Source: Paenibacillus sambharensis (GTDB lineage Bacteria; Bacillota; Bacilli; Paenibacillales; Paenibacillaceae). From it: a stretch of 24,000 nucleotides of DNA. This document shows, in pieces, positions 15,273 to 23,518 of the stretch. Made by a program: the position numbers and the translations under genes. Position 1 is the first letter of the stretch. Each line of letters begins with the position of its first letter. The notes below the pieces were generated by a model. It saw nothing but the letters and a program-made list of their open reading frames with translations. It searched no databases and was not told where the DNA came from. The stretch lies in NCBI RefSeq assembly GCF_003233845.1, contig NZ_QKRB01000037.1:83464-107463 (forward strand), given 5' to 3'.

Positions 15273-16016
15273 ATGGATAAAAAGCTTACCGGTAAAGTGG
15301 CCTTGATCACCGGGGCGTCCAGAGGAATCGGCAGGACAATAGCCGAAAATCTAGCAAATCATGGCGCGAAGGTAGTCATCAATTATGCGAATCGTTCGGA
15401 TCAGGCGGCAGAGGTCGTTCAGAATGTTCAAAGGAACGGCGGAGAAGCAATAGCGATTCAGGCCGATATCAGCCGTCTAAGCGAGTTGGAGTTACTCTAT
15501 CAAGACACCCTCAAAACATTCGGAAAGCTTGATATTGTGGTGAATAACGCGGGGATCATCATTACAAAACCTATTGACGATATAACGGAAGCGGATTACG
15601 ACCAGCTGTTTGCGATTAATGTCAAAGGGACCTATTTTTCCTGCCAGCTTGCCGCCAAGCATCTAGATCCCAATGGCCGCATCATCAATTTCTCCACTTC
15701 GGTGACGGGTCAGATGTTCCCGGCATACAGTCTGTATGCCGGCTCTAAAGGAGCCGTCGAACAATTCACGCGTCAATTGGCCAAAGAGCTTGGAAAGAGA
15801 AATATTACGATTAATGCTGTGGCACCGGGCCCTGTCAATACCGAACTCTTTACGGTTGGCAAAACAACAGAAGAAATTCAAAGGCTTGCCAACATGAACG
15901 CATTGGGACGTCTTGGGGAGACCGAAGACATTGCAGGCGTGATCCTCTTTCTTGCGAGTGACGAATCGCAGTGGGTTACGGGTCAAACAATCCGTGCTAA
16001 TGGCGGTTTTATTTAG
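15273..16016 (+). CDS. Classical SDR oxidoreductase (FabG-like), 247 aa
   Basis: Tracked ORF, SD AAAGGAGA. TGASRGIGR cofactor motif, NNAG, and the catalytic YAGSK (YxxxK). Confidence 0.9.
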   Translation: MDKKLTGKVALITGASRGIGRTIAENLANHGAKVVINYANRSDQAAEVVQNVQRNGGEAIAIQADISRLSELELLYQDTLKTFGKLDIVVNNAGIIITKPIDDITEADYDQLFAINVKGTYFSCQLAAKHLDPNGRIINFSTSVTGQMFPAYSLYAGSKGAVEQFTRQLAKELGKRNITINAVAPGPVNTELFTVGKTTEEIQRLANMNALGRLGETEDIAGVILFLASDESQWVTGQTIRANGGFI

Positions 16017-16037
16017 CTTACCGGCAAAACTTCATTT

Positions 16038-16079
16038 GCCCCTTTCGCGGTTTAACTGCTGAAGGGGCTATTTATTTTC
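16038..16079 (+). terminator. Rho-independent terminator of the redox operon
   Basis: GCCCCTT (16038-16044) pairs with AAGGGGC (16062-16068) and is followed by TATTTATTTT. Confidence 0.6.
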
Positions 16080-16173
16080 AGCAATAATAGCTCTAGCATG
16101 TTTAACAGTCGCTATCTGTGCCTTAATCCTCGATAATTCGCCCTACGGGCACTCCTCTTGAAGAAGCACAACA

Positions 16174-16216
16174 GTGAAATGAAACAAGGTGCCGCCGATT
16201 CAATATCGTCGCCACC
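16174..16216 (-). terminator. Possible terminator of the GH43 gene
   Basis: Imperfect hairpin GGTGCCGCCGA (16188-16198) with TCGTCGCCACC (16206-16216), 9 of 11 pairs. The minus transcript continues with UUGUUUCAUUU. Confidence 0.3.
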
Positions 16217-16288
16217 TTACGCCTTAATCCTTTTTCAATATGTCGTACAAATTAACCGTCGAACCAGAGGCTTCTGAATAAACAACCG

Positions 16289-17707
16289 TTAATTTAACGT
16301 AAATGAAGCCAGGCTTGCATTACCCATGCCCGAATAAGTGAAATATAAGGCCTGCTTGCCATCTGGTATGACGATATCCGCCGAATATTCAGTCCATACA
16401 TTCGTAAAGTCAACTGAAATCTTGCCGAGCTCCGGTCCGTCCCACGCTGTCTTCACGGCAAAATAACCCCGGCAGTAACCGCGAACTTTGATTTTGACCT
16501 GACGGATACCCTGGCAATCAAAATATTTGAACCCAGCCGTCGCGGAGTCCCGCATGTTAGCAACGTACCCGATTTCTTCGTCGCCGTCCTTACCGTCCTG
16601 GGTAATCTTCGGGAACCGGCCGTCCATCCAGGCCCCATGTGTGCCTGTGTATAATTCTTCATCCTGGCAGAATAGATTACAGGCCAAGTAGGCCGGGTAT
16701 TCCCCGCGGCCGATCAGCGGTTCCCCATTAGGCCCACAAGAAGTCATCTCTACTTGAGGAATCGCTCCGTCCGCCCGGAGTTCAATCGGTTCGATGCAGC
16801 CTTGCCTGCAAAAACTCGTACCGTTGGTATGCCGGTGATAGAAAATGTACCATTTTCCCAGAATCTCCACGATGCCTCCATGGTTATTGCCGCCGTAATA
16901 CATCGGTTTGTTCGACGGTTTGTAGGTATCTATATGGAGATCATTATTGCTGATGATGACGCCTTGGTAGACGAAGCCCTGGGTCGGATGCTGACTCGTA
17001 GCATAACACAATTCATGCATGACTACCGAAGAGTAGATGAAATAGTAGGTATCACCTATTTTACGAATGGAAGGCGCCTCGAAAAACTCATGCCCTTCAT
17101 AACCGCTGCCCTGACTGTATGGTTCACTTGGGGCGATGAACACAGGCTCTTCAACAATGGTAAGCATATCGGCGCCGAGCACCGTTGCCATAGGACCCAT
17201 CCGGGTCTTGTCACCAATGGCGCAAAATCCGGTGTACAGGTACGTTCGGTCGCCCTCTGTCAGGACGCCCGGGTCGAACTGGGGTTGATCGCCTTCCCGT
17301 TCGCCAAGACGCGTGCCGTCGGAATACTGCACATAACCGTAAAACTCGAATTTGCCAGCTGGCGTATCGCAAACTGCGACAGATACAACGGGGACCTTGT
17401 CCAGTACGTAGTACAAATAATAACGACCATCGGAGCCCTGTGTAACGTCTGGTGCATAAAGGCACATCCGGCCATCTGGATTGAGTGGATCGTCCGTTTT
17501 CCGATAAATAACGCCCTCATGCCGCCAGTCTGCCAAGTCATCCACGGGTGCCGACCAGCAGACGTAGTCGTTCAGACAGAAGACATGCCCATTGAAGCGG
17601 TCATGTGAGCCATACACATACACACGGTCATGGTAGACATGCGGCTCCCCATCAGGAATGTATTCCCACGAAGGGAGATAGGGATTGAAGCCTTGTTTTT
17701 TCGTTAT
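16289..17707 (-). CDS. Glycoside hydrolase family 43 (beta-xylosidase / alpha-L-arabinofuranosidase type) with a C-terminal beta-sandwich (CBM-like) domain; about 472 aa if it starts at ATA 17707
   Basis: The tracked ORF 16289..17623 begins at an internal GTG. The in-frame upstream sequence reads TKKQGFNPYLPSWEYIPDGEPHVYHDRVYVYGSHD, a conserved GH43 N-terminus. It follows a perfect SD, AAGGAGGAG, with 6 nt before ATA. No ATG, GTG or TTG lies in that interval. Confidence 0.75.
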   Translation of the reverse strand: MTKKQGFNPYLPSWEYIPDGEPHVYHDRVYVYGSHDRFNGHVFCLNDYVCWSAPVDDLADWRHEGVIYRKTDDPLNPDGRMCLYAPDVTQGSDGRYYLYYVLDKVPVVSVAVCDTPAGKFEFYGYVQYSDGTRLGEREGDQPQFDPGVLTEGDRTYLYTGFCAIGDKTRMGPMATVLGADMLTIVEEPVFIAPSEPYSQGSGYEGHEFFEAPSIRKIGDTYYFIYSSVVMHELCYATSQHPTQGFVYQGVIISNNDLHIDTYKPSNKPMYYGGNNHGGIVEILGKWYIFYHRHTNGTSFCRQGCIEPIELRADGAIPQVEMTSCGPNGEPLIGRGEYPAYLACNLFCQDEELYTGTHGAWMDGRFPKITQDGKDGDEEIGYVANMRDSATAGFKYFDCQGIRQVKIKVRGYCRGYFAVKTAWDGPELGKISVDFTNVWTEYSADIVIPDGKQALYFTYSGMGNASLASFTLN

Positions 17708-17930
17708 AGGGATCTCCTCCTTGGTAAAGGTGACAGCCTTACAAAACGGTTTCCAGCGCTAAACTTCATTTCCATCGTACCACGCTTTGTTTATTTGGTA
17801 AACAAAGTATGCGTGCTAGAGGCGAGCTCATGATATCGACTCTCGGCACCCATCATATAGCGCTTGGAATACTTCTTTGTGACGTTCTCCAAACGTATTA
17901 CGCTCATGACTATCCACCCTTACTTCGTTT

Positions 17931-18797
17931 TTATTCTACTGGCGGCAGCGAAGTTCGCAGCAGGGTCTCCATGTCGGCAATCGGTACGGCCAAGCCAGCC
18001 CTTATCATTTGGTCTTGATGCTGGACATCGGCAATAGCGAATACAACGGCGATGGCTTTGCCACGCTTGTTAATGACGGGAGAACCGCTATTGCCGCTAT
18101 AGATCGGCGCATCAAGAGCCATGACCGGCGTCTGACGGCCTTGGATCGGGACCAAGCCGATAATAGCGCCTTCAATGACGATTTGCGTGAAATGAAGCGG
18201 ATTGCCAATCACGTAGATTTGTTCATCCGGCTCCCACTGCATGTTGTCTCGCTCGACTTCAATAAACGGCAGCCGCTCATCCCCGATGTCCGCCTTCAGT
18301 ATGGCGATATCCAGATCGGGATCACTGCCCGACAGCTCCGCTTTATAACTCTGACTTTGTTCCGGGAATTTTACTATAATATAGCCGCTATCCTCGATGA
18401 CGTGATAGTTGGTCACAATGTAGCCGCCGTTAATGTGGAACCCGGTGCCCTTGCCGTTGTCCGTGCTGACTGTAACAACCGCTTCTTTATAGCTTTGGAT
18501 TTCAGCTTGTCTGGATAATTTCTTCGACCCGAACAAGAGGGGGAGCGTCTTCATGTTGTAGATTTGCGGCCAGAAGGCCACTATATTTCCGACTAGAGCG
18601 GCTACGAGCAGGGATATGATCGTCCTTTTGATCCACTTCCGTCGGTTGGCCGATGAACCCCCGTCGTCGTCCTCCTCTTCCGACTCAAAGTCCCACTCCT
18701 CGTCCGCATACGGGTGGTCATTCTCATGTTCTTGATTATCTTCGGAATTAGATAGAGAATTCTCTTTGTTTCGACCCGGATCATTTTCCATGCGCAT
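17931..18797 (-). CDS. Membrane-anchored trypsin-like (S1 family) serine protease without PDZ, 288 aa
   Basis: Tracked ORF, SD GGAGGGA. It has an acidic N-terminal tail and one TM segment (IISLLVAALVGNIVAFW). Catalytic triad contexts are TNYHV, DLDIAILK and GNSGSPV. Confidence 0.8.
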   Translation of the reverse strand: MRMENDPGRNKENSLSNSEDNQEHENDHPYADEEWDFESEEEDDDGGSSANRRKWIKRTIISLLVAALVGNIVAFWPQIYNMKTLPLLFGSKKLSRQAEIQSYKEAVVTVSTDNGKGTGFHINGGYIVTNYHVIEDSGYIIVKFPEQSQSYKAELSGSDPDLDIAILKADIGDERLPFIEVERDNMQWEPDEQIYVIGNPLHFTQIVIEGAIIGLVPIQGRQTPVMALDAPIYSGNSGSPVINKRGKAIAVVFAIADVQHQDQMIRAGLAVPIADMETLLRTSLPPVE

Positions 18798-18832
18798 CCC
18801 TCCATACCCGCCGTAATTCTGCTTGTCCCGTT

Positions 18833-18841
18833 ATTGTATCA
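18833..18841 (-). promoter_or_regulatory. Extended -10 element (TGaTACAAT) upstream of the protease gene
   Basis: The minus strand reads AATGATACAAT about 36 nt upstream of the ATG. The -35 region is weak. Confidence 0.35.
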
Positions 18842-19151
18842 TTAGACTGCCTATAATTGGGGAAAATGGCGGCAACGTCCTGTTTCGCTTGGAATACATT
18901 ATTCGTTCAACGGGGGATTCGGACAAACCACGTTTCGACGTTACTATTTTTCCATCATCAGCATGTTTTAATGCTGGCTGACTCCACTTATAGGGTGTCG
19001 CCAGTTAGAGATTCTAGGTCGTTTTTAAGCCGATGTTTTAATGGGTTCTAGATCAATGGTCTTTTGGCTGTATGCCGACTTGACCATTTATCGTTATAAT
19101 GAAGGAACCGATTCACGAGCGGCCAAGCTCAAGAAAGGAATAGGTTCCATC

Positions 19152-20336
19152 ATGACAATAATGGATTCGAATTCACCAATCGGGCTGAGCGTTGCCGAGT
19201 GGCAGGATCTAATCGCCACCTGCGCCCGGAAAGCGGCGGACACCCCGTACGAAATAAATTATGGCACCGAGGTCCGCTCCATGGTGCGCCCCTTCATGTC
19301 GGAGTTCACACCCGAGGAAGCCTGGCTGTTCGAGCTGAACGTCGGCCTGTTCCTGCTCCGCAAGCAATCGACCGGCCGCCACTTGGGCTACTTCGCCCAG
19401 ATGGCGGCATCCGAGACGCTGCATGCCATCGAGAGTCACATCCATAACGACTTGCCGCCGGAGATCGCGGTCAAGCAGCAGGGGCGGCTGCTGGAGACGG
19501 CTGCATATATTCGTGATACGGCAACCGCGAATGCATGGTCCCCACCAGCCTATCTGGATATCTACGTGGAGCTGTGGCAGATCCTGGTTTCATCCGCTGC
19601 GGACAGCCCTCGTCTCCTCAAGGAGGAGCTGGCGCATCTATCCCAGGGACCCGGCATGGAAAACAAGCTCTTCCCGCTCGTCGCCCTAGCCTGGATGTAT
19701 TTCTGGCTGGGTGAGGATCAAGAGGCTTGGCGGCTGCTGGATTCTGCTGGGCGGCATGGGCTAAAGCCCGGGCAGGTATTTCGCTTCCTGCGCCAGCTGG
19801 AGGAGAATGACGAATGGACCCGGCTTGAAGCCTGGCTGAGCCATTGCTCGAACGAGCAAATTGGGCGCAGTCCCGGCAGCCTAGGTGAGTATGGCCGCTA
19901 TTGGGATGCCGTCGTCAAGCAACTGCCGGAGGCCGAGGAACGAATGTGGATCACGATTACGAGCCTGCCTCCCTACTGCAGCAGCTTGTACGAGGAGAAA
20001 CTAATGCGCTATGGCTGTTGGAGGCAGTGGATCGATTACCAGCTTAGCCTCGGCAGCGATCCGCTCGACTTTCGAGCAAAGGATCTGCAGCCCATCGAGA
20101 AGGAGGCGCCGGAAACGCTGCTGCCTTTTTATCACCAAGGCGTCGAGAAATACGTGTTGTTAAAAAACCGCGACGGCTACAAGCGGGCGATCAAGCTGCT
20201 CAAACGTCTGGCCAAGCTGTATAAGAAGCTGAAGCGCGAGCAGCGGTGGGAGGCATACATCGAGACATTCGCCAGCCGGCATAGCCGATTGCGAGCCCTC
20301 CAGGAGGAGCTGCGGAGAGGAGGACTAATTCCATGA
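19152..20336 (+). CDS. Alpha-helical hypothetical protein translationally coupled to the SNF2 helicase (occupies the YwqB-like position; no SWIM motif seen), about 394 aa
   Basis: Tracked ORF 19041..20336. The start is uncertain (ATG 19152 or 19161; AAAGGAA lies 12 nt upstream). Its stop overlaps the helicase ATG (ATGA at 20333-20336). The C-terminal KRAIKLLKRLAKLYKKLKREQRWEAYIETF is helical. High-GC codon usage matches the helicase gene. Confidence 0.6.
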   Translation: MTIMDSNSPIGLSVAEWQDLIATCARKAADTPYEINYGTEVRSMVRPFMSEFTPEEAWLFELNVGLFLLRKQSTGRHLGYFAQMAASETLHAIESHIHNDLPPEIAVKQQGRLLETAAYIRDTATANAWSPPAYLDIYVELWQILVSSAADSPRLLKEELAHLSQGPGMENKLFPLVALAWMYFWLGEDQEAWRLLDSAGRHGLKPGQVFRFLRQLEENDEWTRLEAWLSHCSNEQIGRSPGSLGEYGRYWDAVVKQLPEAEERMWITITSLPPYCSSLYEEKLMRYGCWRQWIDYQLSLGSDPLDFRAKDLQPIEKEAPETLLPFYHQGVEKYVLLKNRDGYKRAIKLLKRLAKLYKKLKREQRWEAYIETFASRHSRLRALQEELRRGGLIP

Positions 20337-23329
20337 CGAAGACGACTGCTTATAACCTGGATACCACCGCGGTTCGAATGGTGCTGACGTCGCATGGTGA
20401 CGCGTTGTTCTTCGCGGACCCGAATTCGCTGCGGGAATGGACCGGACTTCAATTGAAGCATCGCCTGTTCGCCTGGCACGAACCGTCCTTCTATGGCACC
20501 GAGCTGGAGCTCGTCAAAGTCGGGGAGCTCGAGGCCGTCGTGCTGCCCGCCGCAGAGGTCATCCCCTTCTTTGCATCGGGACCTCTACTGGCGCATATGG
20601 AGTGGAAGTGGGAAGACGATGCCGCGCGCTTGGCCGCATTAGCGCCGCTCTTGGGTGAGTGCCTGGAGAAAGGGCTGTACGCACCCGACCTTGCGGCTTA
20701 CCGCAGAGGCTCCCTGCGCTGGAATTGGGATGCGGCGGCGGTCTCCGCGACCTTCGGACAGGCGCGCCGCAACGAACTGGACCTGGAGCGCGGCGGCTGG
20801 AGCGATGAGGCGCGCGACGGGCTAATGGCGGCCTTCTCGGCGGCCGTAACGAGCCGCTTCTATGGTACGGAGTCGGACGAAGCGGATCTGCGCCGGGAAT
20901 TCCCGGCTCTGTTCGCGCGCGAGAACTCAGCGGCCGCGACGGCGGGACTCGACAACGAGACCTGGCTTGTGCAGATCGGCTGGAAAGCGGATGTCGCGCC
21001 GTTCCGCCCCCTGCTGCAGCTAATGGAGCCGTGGGAGGGCGACGAGCACTCCCGCTGGCGGCTGCGGCTCGTGCTGCAGGACAAGAGCGATCCGGCTAAG
21101 CTTCGAACAGTACGGCTCGGCGACGACGGCTCGGTGGCAGGCAAGTGGCCGGACGCATGGGCGGACGCTATTCGGAGCCGCTCGGACGGTTGGCTGCAGC
21201 GGCTGCGGGCCAGCCTTCCGCGCGATCGGCTGTCGCGCGGCGAGGACGTACTCGGCAAGCCGCTTGACGACGAGGCGGCCTGGCGCTTCCTGAACGAGGA
21301 CAGCCGCCGGCTGCTCGAAGCCGGATGGCAGGTCCTGCTGCCCGCATGGTGGGAAGCCGCTAGCCGCAAGAAGCCGCGGCTGCGCGCAGCGGTGCAGTCG
21401 GAGGACGAATCCAAGAAACGGGGCGGCGGCAAGTCTTTGTTCGGTCTGGATGCGATTCTGAGCTTCAACTGGCGCATCTCCATCGGCGACGCCGACCTGA
21501 ACGAGGAGGAGTTCGACGAGCTGCTGGCTCGAGGGGAGCGTCTCGTAAAGTTCCGGGACCGCTGGATCGTGCTCGATCCGGCGCTGATCGCCCAGATCCG
21601 CCGCATGATGGAAGGCATGGACAAGAGCCAGGGATTAAGCTTCCAGGATGTGCTGCAATTGCATCTGCTCTCTCAGGGCGAGGTGGATGGCGGTGCAACA
21701 GACGCCAGTGCAGAGACTCACGGGGCCGATTCCGCCCGCGTTGAGCTCGAAGTCGAACTCAATGCGCATTTGACCGGGCTGTTCGCCAAGATTAATCAAC
21801 AGAGCGAATGGCCTAGGCTCGATCCGCCCGCCGGTCTGCGTGCCGAGCTGCGCAGCTACCAGCAGGATGGATTCGCCTGGCTGGCCTTTCTCCGCCGCTT
21901 CGGGCTCGGGGCCTGTCTCGCGGACGACATGGGACTCGGCAAGACGGTCCAGTTGATTGCCTACCTGTTGCACGCCAAGGAGCAGGCGGACGATGGGCTC
22001 CGGCTCCCTTCGCTGATCGTCTGCCCTACGTCCGTACTCGGCAACTGGCAGAAGGAGATTTCCCGCTTCGCTCCATCGCTCAAGGTGGCCATGCATTACG
22101 GCTCCGGGCGTAAGAGCGGCGACGCGTTCCGGAACGAGGCACGCAGCGTTGACGTCGTGCTGACCTCCTATGCCACCGCCTCGCTCGATCAGGAAACGCT
22201 GGCCGCTTTCCAATGGGGAGCCGTCTGTTTGGACGAAGCCCAGAATATCAAGAACGCCGGGACCAGACAGGCCGCCGCGGTCAAGAGCTTTCCCGCGCTT
22301 CATCGCATTGCGCTTACCGGGACACCGATCGAGAATCGGCTGGCGGAGCTATGGTCGATCTACGATTTTACCGTGCCCACTTACCTCGGGTCCGCCAAGG
22401 CGTTCCAGGACCGCTTCGCAGCGCCGATCGAGCGCGAACAGGACGGGCGTCGCACGGCTGAGCTAAAGCGGCTGGTAAAACCGTTCATGCTGCGGCGCAA
22501 GAAGAAGGATCCCGCCATCCAGCTCGACCTGCCGGACAAGAACGAGATGAAGACGTATGTTCCGCTTACCTCCGAGCAAGCTGCCTTGTACGACAATTGC
22601 GTCAAGGAGCTGCTCGAGAAGCTGAAGAAGCTCGACGGTATCCAGCGCAAAGGCGCCATTCTCGGAGCGCTGACACGTCTCAAGCAGGCATGTAACCATC
22701 CGGCTTTGCTGGATGAGGATACGGGAACGGAGCTGGAGGATGGCCCTCTACACACGGAGGCGATCGTCGCCCGCTCCTCCAAGCTCGAGAGGCTGCTGGC
22801 AATGGTCAAGGAGCTGCGCGAGGCGGACGAGCGCTGCCTCATCTTCACGCAATACATTGGCATGGGCAAAATGATTCAGGATGTCCTGCAGCGCGAGCTG
22901 GGCGAGCCCGTACTGTACCTGAACGGCAGCACGCCGAAGACGCAGCGGGACCGGATGGTCGAACGGTTTCAGTCCCGCGACCTTCCGGCATCCGAGCAGC
23001 CGAACGTGTTTATCCTTTCCCTCAAGGCAGGAGGCGTCGGGCTTAACTTGACCGCGGCGAACCACGTATTCCACTTCGACCGCTGGTGGAACCCGGCCGT
23101 CGAGAACCAGGCGACCGACCGCGCCTACCGGATGGGCCAGACACGCGACGTGCAGGTGCATAAATTCATCTCGCTCGGCACTCTCGAGGAGCGCATCGAC
23201 GAGATGCTGGAGAACAAGCAGCAGCTAAGCGACAACGTGATCTCCAGCTCAGAGAGCTGGATTACCGAGCTATCGACGGATGCGCTGCGGGAGTTGTTCT
23301 CGCTTCGGCGGGACTGGTCGCGCGATTAA
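20333..23329 (+). CDS. SNF2/RAD54 family DEAD-like helicase (YwqA-like), 998 aa
   Basis: Tracked ORF, SD GAGAGGAGGA. LADDMGLGKT (motif I), LDEAQNIKN (motif II), LTGTPIENRL, LKAGGVGLNLT, WWNPAVENQATDRAYRMGQ (motif VI). The N-terminal 500 aa or so resemble the SNF2-associated domain of bacterial homologs. Confidence 0.9.
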   Translation: MTKTTAYNLDTTAVRMVLTSHGDALFFADPNSLREWTGLQLKHRLFAWHEPSFYGTELELVKVGELEAVVLPAAEVIPFFASGPLLAHMEWKWEDDAARLAALAPLLGECLEKGLYAPDLAAYRRGSLRWNWDAAAVSATFGQARRNELDLERGGWSDEARDGLMAAFSAAVTSRFYGTESDEADLRREFPALFARENSAAATAGLDNETWLVQIGWKADVAPFRPLLQLMEPWEGDEHSRWRLRLVLQDKSDPAKLRTVRLGDDGSVAGKWPDAWADAIRSRSDGWLQRLRASLPRDRLSRGEDVLGKPLDDEAAWRFLNEDSRRLLEAGWQVLLPAWWEAASRKKPRLRAAVQSEDESKKRGGGKSLFGLDAILSFNWRISIGDADLNEEEFDELLARGERLVKFRDRWIVLDPALIAQIRRMMEGMDKSQGLSFQDVLQLHLLSQGEVDGGATDASAETHGADSARVELEVELNAHLTGLFAKINQQSEWPRLDPPAGLRAELRSYQQDGFAWLAFLRRFGLGACLADDMGLGKTVQLIAYLLHAKEQADDGLRLPSLIVCPTSVLGNWQKEISRFAPSLKVAMHYGSGRKSGDAFRNEARSVDVVLTSYATASLDQETLAAFQWGAVCLDEAQNIKNAGTRQAAAVKSFPALHRIALTGTPIENRLAELWSIYDFTVPTYLGSAKAFQDRFAAPIEREQDGRRTAELKRLVKPFMLRRKKKDPAIQLDLPDKNEMKTYVPLTSEQAALYDNCVKELLEKLKKLDGIQRKGAILGALTRLKQACNHPALLDEDTGTELEDGPLHTEAIVARSSKLERLLAMVKELREADERCLIFTQYIGMGKMIQDVLQRELGEPVLYLNGSTPKTQRDRMVERFQSRDLPASEQPNVFILSLKAGGVGLNLTAANHVFHFDRWWNPAVENQATDRAYRMGQTRDVQVHKFISLGTLEERIDEMLENKQQLSDNVISSSESWITELSTDALRELFSLRRDWSRD

Positions 23330-23411
23330 GCGGGATTTGGGCGGACTATCGCCATACTTGAGCTCGTTTCTCCTCCTTTTTCCTCTATTACCGTATAAAC
23401 AAATGCTCTCC

Positions 23412-23457
23412 AGCGCAAAGCAAAAGGCAGCCCGCTCTCCGAAGGAGGCGGACTGCC
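23412..23457 (-). terminator. Probable terminator of the SLH-protein gene, in a convergent gap
   Basis: GGCAGCCCGCTCTCC (23426-23440) pairs imperfectly with GGAGGCGGACTGCC (23444-23457). The minus transcript continues with UUUUGCUUUG. Confidence 0.45.
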
Positions 23458-23518
23458 CGGACTGCTTAATCAAAGTTCGAATGTGAACTGCGCTTGTCAT
23501 TCAAACAAACGAACTCGG

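Noticed and set aside
16119-16231. Repeated GCCTTAATCCT (16119-16129 and 16221-16231) in the gap between the SDR and GH43 genes
   Set aside because: It is only an 11-bp match about 100 bp apart, with no further similarity in the flanks. It may well be a chance match.
16754-17608. 284-aa plus-strand ORF opposite the GH43 gene
   Set aside because: It is fully antisense to a well-supported GH43 CDS. It has no SD and no recognisable motifs.
17740-17755. cre-like (CcpA) site GGAAACCGTTTTGT in the GH43 leader
   Set aside because: It has three mismatches to TGWAANCGNTNWCA at the critical outer positions on either strand. That is too weak to call.
19080-19100. TTGACC ... TATAAT as the promoter of the SNF2 operon
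   Set aside because: The hexamers are only 9 nt apart. No acceptable -35 box lies 16-18 nt upstream of the TATAAT, so I could not support a promoter call.
20860-23161. Long minus-strand ORFs inside the SNF2 gene (20860..21624, 21635..22303, 22381..22869, 22748..23161)
   Set aside because: They are antisense to a gene with unmistakable helicase motifs. They are rich in R, S, A and P, have no SD, and are the typical stop-codon-poor artefacts of a 65-70% GC region.
19041-23329. SNF2 helicase plus partner as a phage-defence system (DISARM-, Zorya- or Druantia-like)
   Set aside because: No methyltransferase, DUF1998, PLD, nuclease or ZorAB-type genes are nearby. The two-gene layout matches the widespread YwqB/YwqA-type housekeeping pair. 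Nothing in the sequence supports a defence role.
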